From: the human T2T-CHM13v2.0 reference genome, Homo sapiens
Strand: one strand, 5' to 3'
DNA length: 64,000 nucleotides
Assembly: GCF_009914755.1 (NCBI RefSeq)
Contig: NC_060931.1
Numbering within the stretch: position 1 is the stretch's first letter; each line of letters starts with the position of its first letter. The notes beneath the pieces are model-generated. The model worked only from the letters and a program-made list of their open reading frames with translations, was not told the DNA's origin and did not search any database. Positions 16,451 to 40,254 of the stretch are shown here, piece by piece. Made by a program: the position numbers and the translations under genes.

Positions 16451-17339
16451 AAATCACTGGTAACTCCATGACCCAGAGGTACTCCAATTACCATTGGCGT
16501 CCATGTGTGTGGATGGACGGTTACATATGCATAAATATCTATGCACATACATATGTATATATCCCTGTAGGACAGTATGAATGAACTTTAATTTATTTAA
16601 ACTATTCCCTACTATTGTTCCCACCTAAGGCGTGGGAATCCCAGGTCCCAGCTGGAGAGAGACTGTCCCAAGGCAATACCGTGGCAGCACTGAGGTCAGT
16701 GAATCACCAGCAGAAATGAAAGCCGCTGGGCGCTGGGCCGAAGGGCTCAGGAGACTCAGAAGACACTTCTGGGATCAAGGCCCAGCCCAGCTGTCTGGGG
16801 GCTGTGTGGTATCTGGGGACAAACCAAGGAAGGACAGGGCGCTGGTGGGGTCTTCCTGGCACTGTCGTGTTCAAAATGAACACAGCACCACCTGCCCCGG
16901 CCCCCATCCCACAGACCCCCTGCTCAGACTCATGACTCCAGTGGGGTGGCCCATCCCACCCTACATGCAGGCTGGGGCTCTTCTCCTTCCCCACAGTGGA
17001 TCCCAATCTAGCAGCCACGGTCAGCAGGACCAGGGCACGGCGGAGTGGGGCATGGAAAGGTGGGAGAAGTTGCGGGGAGGGCGCATGAGCTAGGGAAGGT
17101 CTCGAAGGCTCTCAGGGAAGGCAGAAGTTAGGCTGCTAAGGGCCTGGATGGGGCCTGATACAGAGAGAGGAGGGGACCTTCCAGGAGAGAAAAAGTGCAC
17201 CAAGACCCCAACCAGAAGCAGACATCGCCTGGTCGGCGGGGAGGCCCACAAGGCCACAGTCCCTCACCACCACCCAAGGGAAGCCCCCAGGATCGGAACC
17301 ACTGGCCACCCTCAGGCTCATTGGCTTGGTATGGCTCTT

Positions 17340-18223
<884 letters not shown>

Positions 18224-18714
18224 TCACTGTGTGAACTTGGGTGAGATTCCCATGCTCAGGGGGTAAAACAGGGTTTGCGGTACCTACCTTAGGGCTAGAA
18301 GTAAGAATGAAATGCAAGAGCAAACATAAAAACCCCAGGCTGGAGGACTGAGCCCATCGGTGCCTTGGGAACCACAACAGTGGGATCATTCACACACAGA
18401 CAGGCCTGGTGGAATCTTCCAGACCGGCGCCTTGTGGCGAGGAGGCAATATGTCCCACGAGGCCCGCTCAGGCCCCAGGAGCCCCCCTCGCTTGGGCACA
18501 GCCCAGCTACCATGCCCTCCTGGTTAGTGGGCACAAGAGTGTCGAGGGAATATGCTTTGTGGGCAGCAAAGTCCTTCTTCAAAGGGGTGTTTCCACCTGC
18601 AGGTCTGAGCAGGACATGAGGTCATGTCGGGCCCCAGGACAGCAGCCCCTGTCCTAGGCTCGGCCCTGACCCACCTTCTCTGGAAGCCGGTCCTCGAGTA
18701 CCCTTAGGGCCTTT

Positions 18715-18903
18715 ACACACTCACACGTGCAGACACACGCACATGCACACACACACGCACGCACACACACGTGGACACACATGCGCACACACAAACACAC
18801 ACATGCATACACGCACACACGGACACATGTGTGCACACATGTGTGCACACGTGCGCAGACACACGTGGACACACGCACACACTCACACACACATGCACAC
18901 ACA
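18715..18903. repeat. (CA/CG/TG)n alternating purine-pyrimidine tract
   Basis: Read directly; includes the palindrome acacatgtgtgcacacatgtgt. Confidence 0.95.
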
Positions 18904-18994
18904 GCTGCCTCCACTCACTCAGGCCTCCACCAACCCCCTCCCCAGCTGTAGCCACCACTGCCACCCCCAAAATTAAAAAGAAATAAAAATAAAA

Positions 18995-19110
18995 AACTGA
19001 ACGAGTTAATTTGCTAAAATGAACCAGAATGCAATAACTGATTACATTTTTCCCCAAAGGAAACTTGAGTTAATTTGGCCGGTGACTCATATGACTGGCT
19101 GCCAGTGACA
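18995..19110. promoter_or_regulatory. Candidate homeodomain/AP-1 enhancer
   Basis: GAGTTAATTTG twice (19003, 19067), TAACTGATTA, TGACTCA (19083-19089). Confidence 0.4.
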
Positions 19111-19261
19111 ACACACACCATCCCAGACACAGCTCCTCGCTGTGCCCCGTTGCCAGCCGTCCCCCTCCTGGCTTCCCTCCTGCGGGAGGCGGGGACAGAG
19201 GGGTGGAGGCAGAAGTGCCCACTGGATAAAGAGCTGTTTGAGGCCCTTCTGAAAGCGCAGG

Positions 19262-19360
19262 ATACACACGCATGCACACAGACATATATCTGTACAGAAG
19301 TGCGTGTCTGTGCACTCACACCAGGCACGCACATGCACACACACATACACACACGCCTGC
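19262..19360. repeat. Degenerate (CA)n tract
   Basis: Read directly. Confidence 0.85.
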
Positions 19361-19849
19361 ACCACAGCTGAACTCTGGCATGGGCTACTCAGTAAATCAT
19401 TCAACGATAACCTCTGCATACCAATACTGGGGGAAAATCCAATTAAAGTAACTCATTACTAAGTCATTCCTATTTTCCCAGCATCTTAAAGCTCCTGGGA
19501 AGAGAAGGGAAGGACAGGCAGATTACTAATGTGACCTCTCCTAGGCTGTGGGGAAAATTCCTGGCCCGGCTCCCAGAGGTGGAGGCCCCAGATGGATTTC
19601 TCTGTCTGCTCGGGGGTGGGGGGAACACTGGGGACAGCCCCCCTCCCCATCCCTGTGCCCTGTATACGGCCATAGCTTCTCCTGAAAACAGCACACATAG
19701 CTCAAGCTAAGTCCTAGGGTCAGCAGACCCAAGAGGCCCAGCCTTGTCATTCACATGCTGTGTGACATTGCACAAAGCACTTAACCTCTCTGAGCCTTAA
19801 TCTCTTCTCTAAAATATCTTCATCTGATGGTTGTTTTTTGGGTTTGTTT

Positions 19850-20373
<524 letters not shown>

Positions 20374-20414
20374 CCATCTGATTTTTTTAAACTAGGGGGT
20401 GGGGGAAAAGGAAA

Positions 20415-20660
20415 GGCACACACTTTTCCTCTTTCCCCCTTGCCACTGGGTGGGTTACAGAAGCGATGGCGGGAGCTGAAGCAGCCATATTGGACCCAAA
20501 GATAGAAGTCACCTACTGAGCAAGACAAGAAAACCCAGCAAGATACAAGGAAAACGGAAAATGGTTCCTTGAGATTGTGGAGCTGCCGTGGAAGCCCTGG
20601 ATTGTTTGTCATCAGACTATTATATGCAAGAGAAACAAACTTCTATGTTGTCTTCAAAAT
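20415..20660 (+). mobile_element. Old MLT1-family LTR fragment
   Basis: gatggcgggagctgaagcagccatattggacc...gagaaacaaacttctatgttg. Confidence 0.6.
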
Positions 20661-20729
20661 ATGTTACGTATATTTATATATCACCATCATCCCTATGCTC
20701 ACACATGGTGAAATCTAAAACCATTCAGA

Positions 20730-22207
<1,478 letters not shown>

Positions 22208-23151
22208 GGACAAAGAAAAGCAGGAACTGGGTCTAGGTGTCTAGGTGGGACCGATGACTGGCTGGAGCACAGAGAGCAGAGACACCCGCAGCCGCCAGGC
22301 TGGTTTCAAGCTCACCTGATCCTGTTGCTAAACCACCTGGCAGGAGAGGAAGCTGAGAAAGAGAGAAAGCTGGAGGAGAAGCTGGAGTCCCACCACCCAA
22401 GCCCTACCGCACAGCTGCAGGTCGTCAGAGCCTGCCAGAGCCCTGTGCCCGCCTCCCAGGCCAGACAATGGAGACAAATGCAATCCCAAGTGGGGCACAG
22501 GTCAGGGCTCCATGTGGCCCCAGGAATGATGACACCTGGGGACGGTTCTCAGAGTGGCCAGACGTCTGCCTAAACGCTGAACCCAAAATTCAAGCACAGA
22601 ATAACTGTCCACCATGACTTTGAAGGCCAGCTCTCACAGCCCCGGGGAGCAACAGCCAGGCTTCTAGGCAGCGGGCACCAGCGGTGCCCACCCTGAGGCA
22701 CACCCAGGCCCCACCGTCCCCTTGGTGTGGGTCTGAGCTCGTGCCTTTCGGCAGGTGCACAGCCTTGGGGTCGGTCTAGCCTGGATTCGAATCCCACCTG
22801 TATCACTTACAAATGGAGGGACCTTGATCGAGGAGGGTTTATAACCTCCCAGAGGCTCAGCCCTGCCCCTACACCCAGGGGGCTGCTGAGAAGCCGAGAA
22901 GCTGAAGGAGTTCAGGGCATAGACAGCCGCGCATGCTGTAGGCTCAAACATAGGAAGGGGACTTCCCCTCCCTCCCAACCGTGGCCATCTGCACCCTGAC
23001 TGGCATGACAAAAGGGCAAAAAACATTGGTCAAATTTCTATGCAGCATCCTTCAATGTCCCCAAGCCCTGTCATTTCAAGATAGAAATCGGGCCAATGTG
23101 CTTCCTCTTCTCCAGAAAACAGACTCCAAGCATGGTCAAAAAACCAAAGGT

Positions 23152-24711
<1,560 letters not shown>

Positions 24712-24959
24712 TCAGCAGACACAGCCCAAGAGGGCATCTGCAAAGAGCAGGACTGTGGGTTGTGGGCAAGACGTGGAGGGGAGGTAGAGGAGAGAAGGGG
24801 ACCCCCTACACCAGGAGGAATTTGCAGGCTTCACCAGGGAAATAGGACGGCACCCCCTGCCCCAGGGAGGTGGGCAGGGCATAGAGGGCATTTTCCAAAT
24901 TGTACAGCCACAGGGACCACTCTGCCCAGAGCTCCACTCACACCCTCCAACCCCCTAGT

Positions 24960-25285
24960 CACACAGACACACATTCACACACACACACTACAGTCGTACA
25001 CACACAGACATGCATTCACATATACACTCACTGACATACAGATACATACTCACAGGCACACACAGACATGCATTCACATACACACTAACGCAAAGACACA
25101 CACAGACATTCACACAGAGTCACACTTACACACAGACATGTATTTACACATTCAAATGAATACACACACTAACACACAGAGACACACACAAACACGCACA
25201 CACAGACATGTAGTCACACACCAGATGCACACACATACACTAACACACAGAGCTGTACTCACATAGACCACACACATACACACAT
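24960..25285. repeat. Degenerate (CA)n low-complexity tract
   Basis: Read directly; explains the His/Thr-rich pseudo-ORF 24760-25266. Confidence 0.93.
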
Positions 25286-26189
25286 AGGCATCATCACTAT
25301 GCTAATGTCTCTCAGTGTCCTACGACAGGTGTGCACGGCCTTGCCTTGCACTGAGGTGCCCCTGCAGTATTGGGGTTCCACCGTAGTACTGGGGTCCACT
25401 CACCCATAGACCGTGCATCTCCAGCTTCATGCGCAGGAATTTCCCCATGCCACAGGGCCTTTTGCTGGGGAAGATGCTGGTCTGCCCAAAGTCAGCGTGG
25501 AATCTGGGCAGAGCCAGAATGACCTGCCCCAGGCTTGGGAGCCGAGCATATAACCCCCCTACACACAGCGCCATTCAGACCCTGGCACCCCACCGTTGGG
25601 CTCCCTAAAGATGTGTCCATTCTGCTTGACTTAAACACTGTATTCCTGGTTGGTCCTTCAGTGACAGGGGAGGGAGGAAGAGGCTGTGGCTTGCAGGACA
25701 GGGGGTCAGGATATGGGCAATGGCTTGGGGACCTCCTACTTGTAAGGAACCAGGGTGGGGTCCTATTGGGTGGACAGGAGACCCTGCAGCCCTGGCCTCA
25801 CTGCCTCCTGGGATCCTCTGCCACAGGTCCCACCCCGCAGCCCATCCTGGGCCTGCGACCCACAGCCTGTGCCTCCTGTCCCCTGTCCCTCCCAGTGCAC
25901 CCTGAGCCCACCCTACCCAGCCCCCGCCACCCCCCTGCTGCACTCCCAGGGCTGACCTTCTTCCCTGCCCAGGCTGGACATCCCTCCTCTCTTGCCTCCC
26001 CCTTGACCTCCCTGATGGGACTAAGTGGAGGCTTCTGTTCATGGAAACTGGGGTTAAGGAAGCAAACTACAGGGCCTGGGGTCAAGGTCAGGTCCAAGGT
26101 CAGGGCTGAGTCAGCCCTGACTTCCTTCCTCCCGCCTCTTCCCCCGGGCATCCAGGCCCTTAGGTGTCAGGAGTTACAGCCTTGCCCTC

Positions 26190-26580
26190 GCCTCCTGCTC
26201 CTCTGGCCGAGGCCAGGGCGGCCCCTTCCTGTCCCCCCTGCCCGTCGTTCGCTCCCCGAGGGCGCAGCAGAAGCACGGGGAACTCCGGACCCCACGAGGC
26301 GCTCTGGACGAGGTCGAGCCGCCGCTTCCCCCGGACGCCGCTAGGTGGCGCCGCGCTAACGAGGATCGGGACAGACCGGAGGGGCCGCGCTGCCAGCAAC
26401 CGGGTCTCCACTCCCCAGGTCCTCACTCCCCGGGCCCCAGCCTCGCCCCAAAGCTCAAACACGCACCCGGGAACCCTTCCACCACCCTCCCTCCCCACCC
26501 CTGGCATCCTTAGCCCTCGGCAGCTCCCGTGGTCCCAGGGGCCTCTCCGGTCCCTCAGCAGGAGACCTGGAGTGCACGGC
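26190..26580. promoter_or_regulatory. Small non-repeat CpG island
   Basis: GC-rich with dense retained CpGs, in contrast to the CpG-poor flanks. Confidence 0.75.
26338..26351 (+). promoter_or_regulatory. CTCF core motif CCGCTAGGTGGCGC
   Basis: Near-consensus match to the CTCF core (CCRSYAGRKGGCRS) inside the CpG island. Confidence 0.75.
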
Positions 26581-26730
26581 CTGTCCATGCCTCTGGGACG
26601 CAGGACAAAGTGGACGAATAGGAATCAACCGTGGGGAGGGAGGGGCCACCCAGGAGAATCCCAGTCCACGGAGTAAGGGAGGGTGGCATGCTGAGTGCCA
26701 GGCAGAAGGCCTGGCCCAGGCGGTGCTCCC

Positions 26731-26802
26731 TAAGTGAGGGTGCACCCTCACTTACATCCTTCCAGGATAGTTCCTCTTCACATCCTTCCAGGATAGTTCC
26801 TC
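26731..26802. repeat. Perfect 24-bp palindrome (26731-26754) fused to a 23-bp direct repeat of period 26 (26754-26802)
   Basis: TAAGTGAGGGTGCACCCTCACTTA, then ACATCCTTCCAGGATAGTTCCTC twice. Confidence 0.95.
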
Positions 26803-27494
26803 GCCTAGGCGTTTTCTCCCTCAGTTTGGGGGTAGTGGTTTTTAGGGCCCCGTGTGAGAGTGAGAAGGCTCAAGGGTGCCACTACCCCAAAACCAAGGGG
26901 GCAAGGGGCAGACCCCAACTGTACCAGGAGCAAGGAGCTGCTTTAATTTACTCCTCCCAACATGTCTATTAGACGTTTTACCAACGAGGAAGATGGGCTC
27001 AAAGCCCAAGGTCACATGGGGGTGGATGGCCAAGGCAGGGTTGGAACCCAGGTCTGGCAGATGCCCTTGCCATGCCCTGGGGTGCCCCAACTCTGACCAC
27101 AATGAGCCCTTCCAGCTCCTTCCCAGCCCAAAACTAAACCCTGAGGCAGAGTGACTGGGCCACGCTCAGACGTCCCTGACTCTATGCCCTACCTCTGTCC
27201 CTCTGAGACTCCCACTGTCCTACAGCTGCCTTCTGGTCTTTGCAATGGCTGATCGTCCTGCCGGGAAAGGTGTTTCCCCAGCCTCACCAGGGCCCACTCT
27301 GGCATCAACTCCTACAGGAAGCCCTCCCTGATTGATCCCTAAGTGGAGGCTTCGGTTGGGTCCCAGCCTCAGGAAACTGGCATCAGAGCCTCCCATGGTC
27401 CCGGGCTCAGACACAATAGTGAACTCAGCCAGGTGAAGGAAGAGCTGAGAGCCCACCACCACCACGATGCTGGTCCATCGGCAGCCTGTACCAC

Positions 27495-27960
<466 letters not shown>

Positions 27961-28647
27961 AAAGGAAGACCAAAAGCAATGAATTTAAAACACACACACA
28001 CACACGCATGCATGAGTGCATGCATGTACTTAAGTGGTAGGGCAAAGTGCCGCTGCGGACTGCAGCTGGGAGAGAGGGTGACTCAGTGCCAAGATGCCCT
28101 GCACAGGGCCCCACGCTTCTGAGAACAGTCCAGAAGCCGCTCCCAGCATGCAGCTAAAGCCATTCTCTCCTGTGGACACATCCCTGGGGACAGACCCCGT
28201 CTGTCATCACCTGGCTTGGGTAACCCAGAAAGCTCTGCCCTCCAGGCACCAGGACAGTGTCACCCATAATGAATGCCCCAGAGCACCTAGGGGTAAGTTG
28301 AGCTGGGTCAGGCCGGGCCAGTCCAGGCAGCCCCCAGGAACCCCAAAACCCACTGGCATCTACCTCTCAGGGTCTCAGGCTGAGAGCCATAGGTGCTGGG
28401 GCACATTCTGGAAAGTGCCCCCAAGAAGGCTTCACAGAGCAAGTCCTACACTTGGGAGTTGGATCCAGGTTCAGCCCCTGCTCTGCCCTACCTCGGTGTA
28501 GCCCTGAGTGCTTCTTTGAGTTTCATTAATACAACCATGGGCTGGGGTGGGTGGGCACGGAGTAGCATGTGCTGGAGAGAGAGAGAGACAGAAAGAAAGA
28601 GAAGGCACATGCATATCATACATACCTTCACACTACTACTTCTTCTC

Positions 28648-29413
<766 letters not shown>

Positions 29414-29899
29414 CCCTTCCTTCCTTCCTTCTTTCTCTTTTCCTTTCTCTTTCATGCTTTTTTTTTTCTTTCTTTCTTTTTTTCTTTTGAGAGCCAGTTG
29501 TAAATCATTTACCTGCAAAGGCTGAGAGAGCAGCCTCTTCCTCCTCCAGCCCAGGAAGCCAGCCAGCAGCACATCCAAGCAGCAAGCCTCCCTCCCTGGG
29601 TGTCGCTGCCGCCCACCCGGCTGCACAGGGAAAGCTTGCGACGTCTGTTCTTCCTCTTGCTTTATTTCTTCGTTTCCTTGCCTAAGCCTGGGAACCTGCG
29701 CTGACCCTGCCCTCCCTACCCCCTCTTGACCTCTGCCCCATGGATGTCTGGCCCCAGAGTGTTCCTGGAGGACATCCTCTCTGATATTTTCAGAGTCACC
29801 TCTGGGCCTCCCGGGGACTATCCACACGAGGGGGTGATGGTTTCTGAGGTTGGACCCCGGGAGAACACAGCAGCAAGCCCTGAGCCTCCAGGACAATCT

Positions 29900-31245
<1,346 letters not shown>

Positions 31246-31724
31246 AAGAACATCCCGCCATCCATTCCATCAGGCAGCCCTTCTCTCTTTCATGTAGCAA
31301 TGTTTATGAAAGGACAGCTGTGGTCACAGCCCTGTTGAGTTCACACACAGAGATGTTTTCTGTGGCACGTTGCTCCTGTCCTGCCCTTCATGGGGTCTGA
31401 TTGCAGAGGCTCTGGGAATAGGACGTCACTGGACTGCAAATTAGCACTGGCACCACGTCGGTCCCACGTCCCGCCCAAGTCTAACTTGACTTCTCTTAGT
31501 TGCTACCCCGTCAATGTTTGCCCAGTGAACGTTCACTGGTCCTGCTCACACCCCAAGCGAGTGGCTGGCAGGAAGGCCAGGGCTGTTGGGGAAAGCAAGT
31601 AACTGCCTGTTCTGGACGAGGTCAGTGGCTTTTAATTATTTTTCAGCAGAATTCTCTTTACAAGCAAAATCATAGTCAGAGCCTCCAGATGTAAAACAAG
31701 AGAGAACAAAACGGCTATAGTTGA

Positions 31725-32102
<378 letters not shown>

Positions 32103-32207
32103 TAGCTTCGAAGTATCTGGTTTCCACCAGGGCCTGATTCTGCCTTCATCCAGAAACTCAGTCTCGAACTCCTGTGGGTGTAAAAGAAAATATAAGGAAC
32201 AAAAATT

Positions 32208-33115
<908 letters not shown>

Positions 33116-33124
33116 AAACACTGT

Positions 33125-34289
<1,165 letters not shown>

Positions 34290-34327
34290 CTAGGAGCCAT
34301 CTCCCATGACTGTACAAGTGACAATAA

Positions 34328-35600
<1,273 letters not shown>

Positions 35601-36107
35601 AAAGAGGGAAACTCGATCAGTCATTACATTCATGGGTCCAAGCAGGTGCTGGGGATATGGACGTTTTTTTCCAAGGACTGAGGCCAGGGAGAGAGGCCTT
35701 CTGTGTGCTCCCATAGGTGGGTACAGGGGCAGGGGGAGGGTAGCATTTTGGACAGCACCCCCATGACAGAGGCACGTTGGTAGTCCGGGGCCGAGCAAAG
35801 GCTGGTAGAAGTCAATCTGTGAGCGTCCAACTCCCAGGGGTCCCATTCCACCATATCTCGAACTGGTAACATTTGGTATCCCGGAGCAGCAGACGGCCCA
35901 CCTTGTTCATGGGCAAACAGCCCAGTCCCTATCTTCCGCTGCTTTTCCTCGTCCTTCCTCAAGGCACACCTTGTACCAATGTGGCACTGGCCTTTAGCAG
36001 GCAACCTTGCCTGAGCCCTGCAGAGGTGCATCCTTGCCTGCACTGGCTGGTTCCCGATGGAGCTGCGGCTGCCACCAACCCCCAGACCCCAGGCCTCCTG
36101 CTGGTGC

Positions 36108-36347
36108 TGCACAATCTCGGCTCACTGCAACTCTGCCTCCCGGGTTCAAGTGATTCTCCTGCCTCAGCCTCCTGAGTAGCTGGGATTACAGGCACGCACC
36201 ACCACACCCGGCTAATTTTTGTGTTTTTAGTAGAGACGAGGTTTTGCCATGTTGGCCAGGCTGGTCTTGAACTCACCACCTCAGATGATCCACCCGCCCG
36301 GCCTCCCAAAGTGCTGGGAGTACAGGTATGAGCCACTGCGCCTGGCC
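36108..36347 (-). mobile_element. AluS lacking its 3' end and tail
   Basis: Starts abruptly at gcacaatctcggctcactg. Confidence 0.88.
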
Positions 36348-37219
36348 TCTCCTATTGTTTAAATGCATCTCTGTATGCCTCCTGACATCCTTTTCTGAGC
36401 AAGGCAGGTGCAACTAACCAAATAAACAAATTCAAAATGACTCCCCACCCACCCACTCCTCCCAGTACTGAGCCATTGTCGAAAGGTGAGTGTCATGAGG
36501 CCAGGGTGACTTTATTCCCAGGGGGCCCCAGGCTTCTTGTGCCAATGAACCCAGGCAGACCTGCACCCACTCTGCATATGCCCTGACATCTTAGGGAGGC
36601 AAGGCCCCCTTCCCGCCCCAAGCCATCCATTCATACATTCACTCAGTCACTTGTTCAGCAGATGACGGGTCTGAGGAGGCTCTAGCTGGCTCACCCCCTG
36701 GCTGCCCTGGGCCTAGGGGACATGGACCTCAGCAGCTGACCGATGGGACCTGTGGGACAGTCTGTCCTCACCCTGGCATGAGGCTTGCTGCAGAGTCCGA
36801 AGTCACCGTGTGCCTCCGGGCCTGGCTCTGTGCTGGCAGAGACTGTTCCCTGGAGCAGATGCAGGCTCCCATCTGGGGCCTCAGAACCCCGGCCCTGCCC
36901 ACTGTCTGTAGCCTCTGTCACCTTCTCCTACACAGGCATCTCCAAGGCATCCCCTGCAGACACAGCTCCAACCTCCGCAGGCATCGGGCCAGGGCTCCCT
37001 GCAGGACGGCCATCACCCCAGCGGGCACCAACCTCCTTCCTCTTCAGAGCTGCCCCAGGTCTCCAGGGACTGGATCCAAGGCTCTTGCGTCTTAGAGAGG
37101 ACTGGAGACGCCCTGTCCTTCATCCCCTCCTCCTGCCTCAGCGCAGCCCTGGATCCTCAGATCCTTCCCCAGGATAAGAGATGGTGGTAGAAGTGAAAGC
37201 TCCATTTCTCCTTCATGCC

Positions 37220-37732
37220 AATAGGCAGACAGACAGACAGACAAAAAGGCAAGCAAATAGGCATGCAGACAGACAGGCAGATGGGTAGGCAGACAGACGG
37301 GCAGGTAGGCAGGCAGATAGATGGACAAGCGGGCAGGCAGACAGGCAGGCAGACAGACAGGCAGGCAGACTGGCAGACAGACAGGAAGATTGTCAGGGAG
37401 ACACAGAGACAGGCAGATAGGCAGGTGGGCAGGGAGACAGGCAGATGGGCAGACAGGCAGACAGAAAGCAGACTGGCAGGCAGACCGGCAGACAGATGGA
37501 CAGGCAGACAGACAGGCAGACTGGCAGGCAGACAGGCAGACAGACAGGCAGACAGATGGACAGGCAGACCCACAGACAGGCAGACTGGCAGGCAGACAGG
37601 CAGACAGATGGGTAGGTGGGCAGGGAGACGGGCAGATGGGCAGGCAGAAAGACAAACAGGCAGACAGACGGACAGGCAGACAGTCAGGCATGCACAAAGA
37701 CAGGCAGACAGACAGGAGGCCAACAGACAGGT
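37220..37732. repeat. Compound (GGCA/GACA)n repeat, ~510 bp
   Basis: Read directly; internal ~60-bp higher-order repeat at 37491 and 37551. Confidence 0.95.
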
Positions 37733-37939
37733 GGTCAGAGCTGCAAAACTCCCAGGCCAAGCAGAGACATTTTGACAGAACTGGGTGGTGGGTTTCCCAG
37801 GGCCCTCTCCACTGTGGTGATGAGCAGTGGCTCAACCCCCCACCGGAAGGTGGAGAACAAAGACCAGGCAAGGGGGCCACCTTGTCCTTACCCTGGTCAC
37901 CCCAGCCATCACCCCCTTGGGGCCCCGCTGACCCATGAA

Positions 37940-38290
37940 CTCTCCGTGGCTCCCGGAGGCGCCATCACCCTCATCTTAGGGGAGGGCGCCTCGCGGGGCC
38001 GAGAGTACGGAAAGAGTGCAGTCTTATTGTGCACTTTTTCTTAAATCTGCGATAAGCTCCTTCTATTAGACTATAGATCTCGTCACATAAAATAGATTTG
38101 TGGACTCGCAGCCAGGGAGAGCCACGTTCTGGAGCGGCGGAAACGGCTCATTTTTCCCTCTCTTCCGAGAGTAACTGATGGTCATGAATTTTTTACCCAA
38201 ATGTCGCCACTAAAGATGTCACCAGCCTCCCTCCCCTGGAGATTTTACGATCTGGCTCTAATGGGGTGGGGGTGGGGGGCCTGGGGAGAA
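37940..38290. promoter_or_regulatory. CpG-enriched candidate enhancer
   Basis: GC hairpin, GATAAG (38051), posterior-HOX TTTTACGA (38243-38250), G4-type tract (38263-38286). Confidence 0.45.
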
Positions 38291-38549
38291 GGGACTGGTG
38301 TGACCTGGGGCTGCAAAAAGGATTCAATGTCATCCGGTGGGGCGGTGTGGAATCAAAGGGGTCAGAGGCTGGGGTGTTGATGCCGGGTGACAATAGCAGT
38401 TCTGTTTACTGAGCAGTTACTGCGTGCCAGACATGTCATCCACCCTCTCTGGCTGAAGTTCTTGATGCAAATAAGATAACATGAAGTAGCCAGGCCAAGA
38501 TGTAAGCCATACACTTGCCTTCTCACCTGTAAGGAGAGAATAACTCTTC

Positions 38550-40105
<1,556 letters not shown>

Positions 40106-40254
40106 AAGTCCTCTTTCCCAGGGTGAGGAGGCACAGCCTGGGGGAGAGGGAGGGAGTTAGCATGGAGCCCATGGGAGGGGGCAGCAAGACTGAGGGATGG
40201 GGGGCAACGGAGGAGAGACATCTAGCGCCAAGTCCCAAGAGGGGACTCGGGAAA

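Noticed and set aside
25535-26676. 269-aa and 170-aa ORFs as genes
   Set aside because: Non-ATG starts, Pro/Gly/Arg-rich, overlapping ORFs in several frames; expected stop depletion in GC-rich DNA
35760-35900. CpG-containing stretch that looks exon-like on the minus strand
   Set aside because: No convincing donor/acceptor pair and no recognisable peptide in any frame
37092-37938. 186-262-aa ORFs with CLSA/QTGR repeats
   Set aside because: Translations of the GGCA/GACA repeat
38204-38222. CGCCACTAAAGATGTCAC as a CTCF site
   Set aside because: Two extra A's break the fixed core spacing
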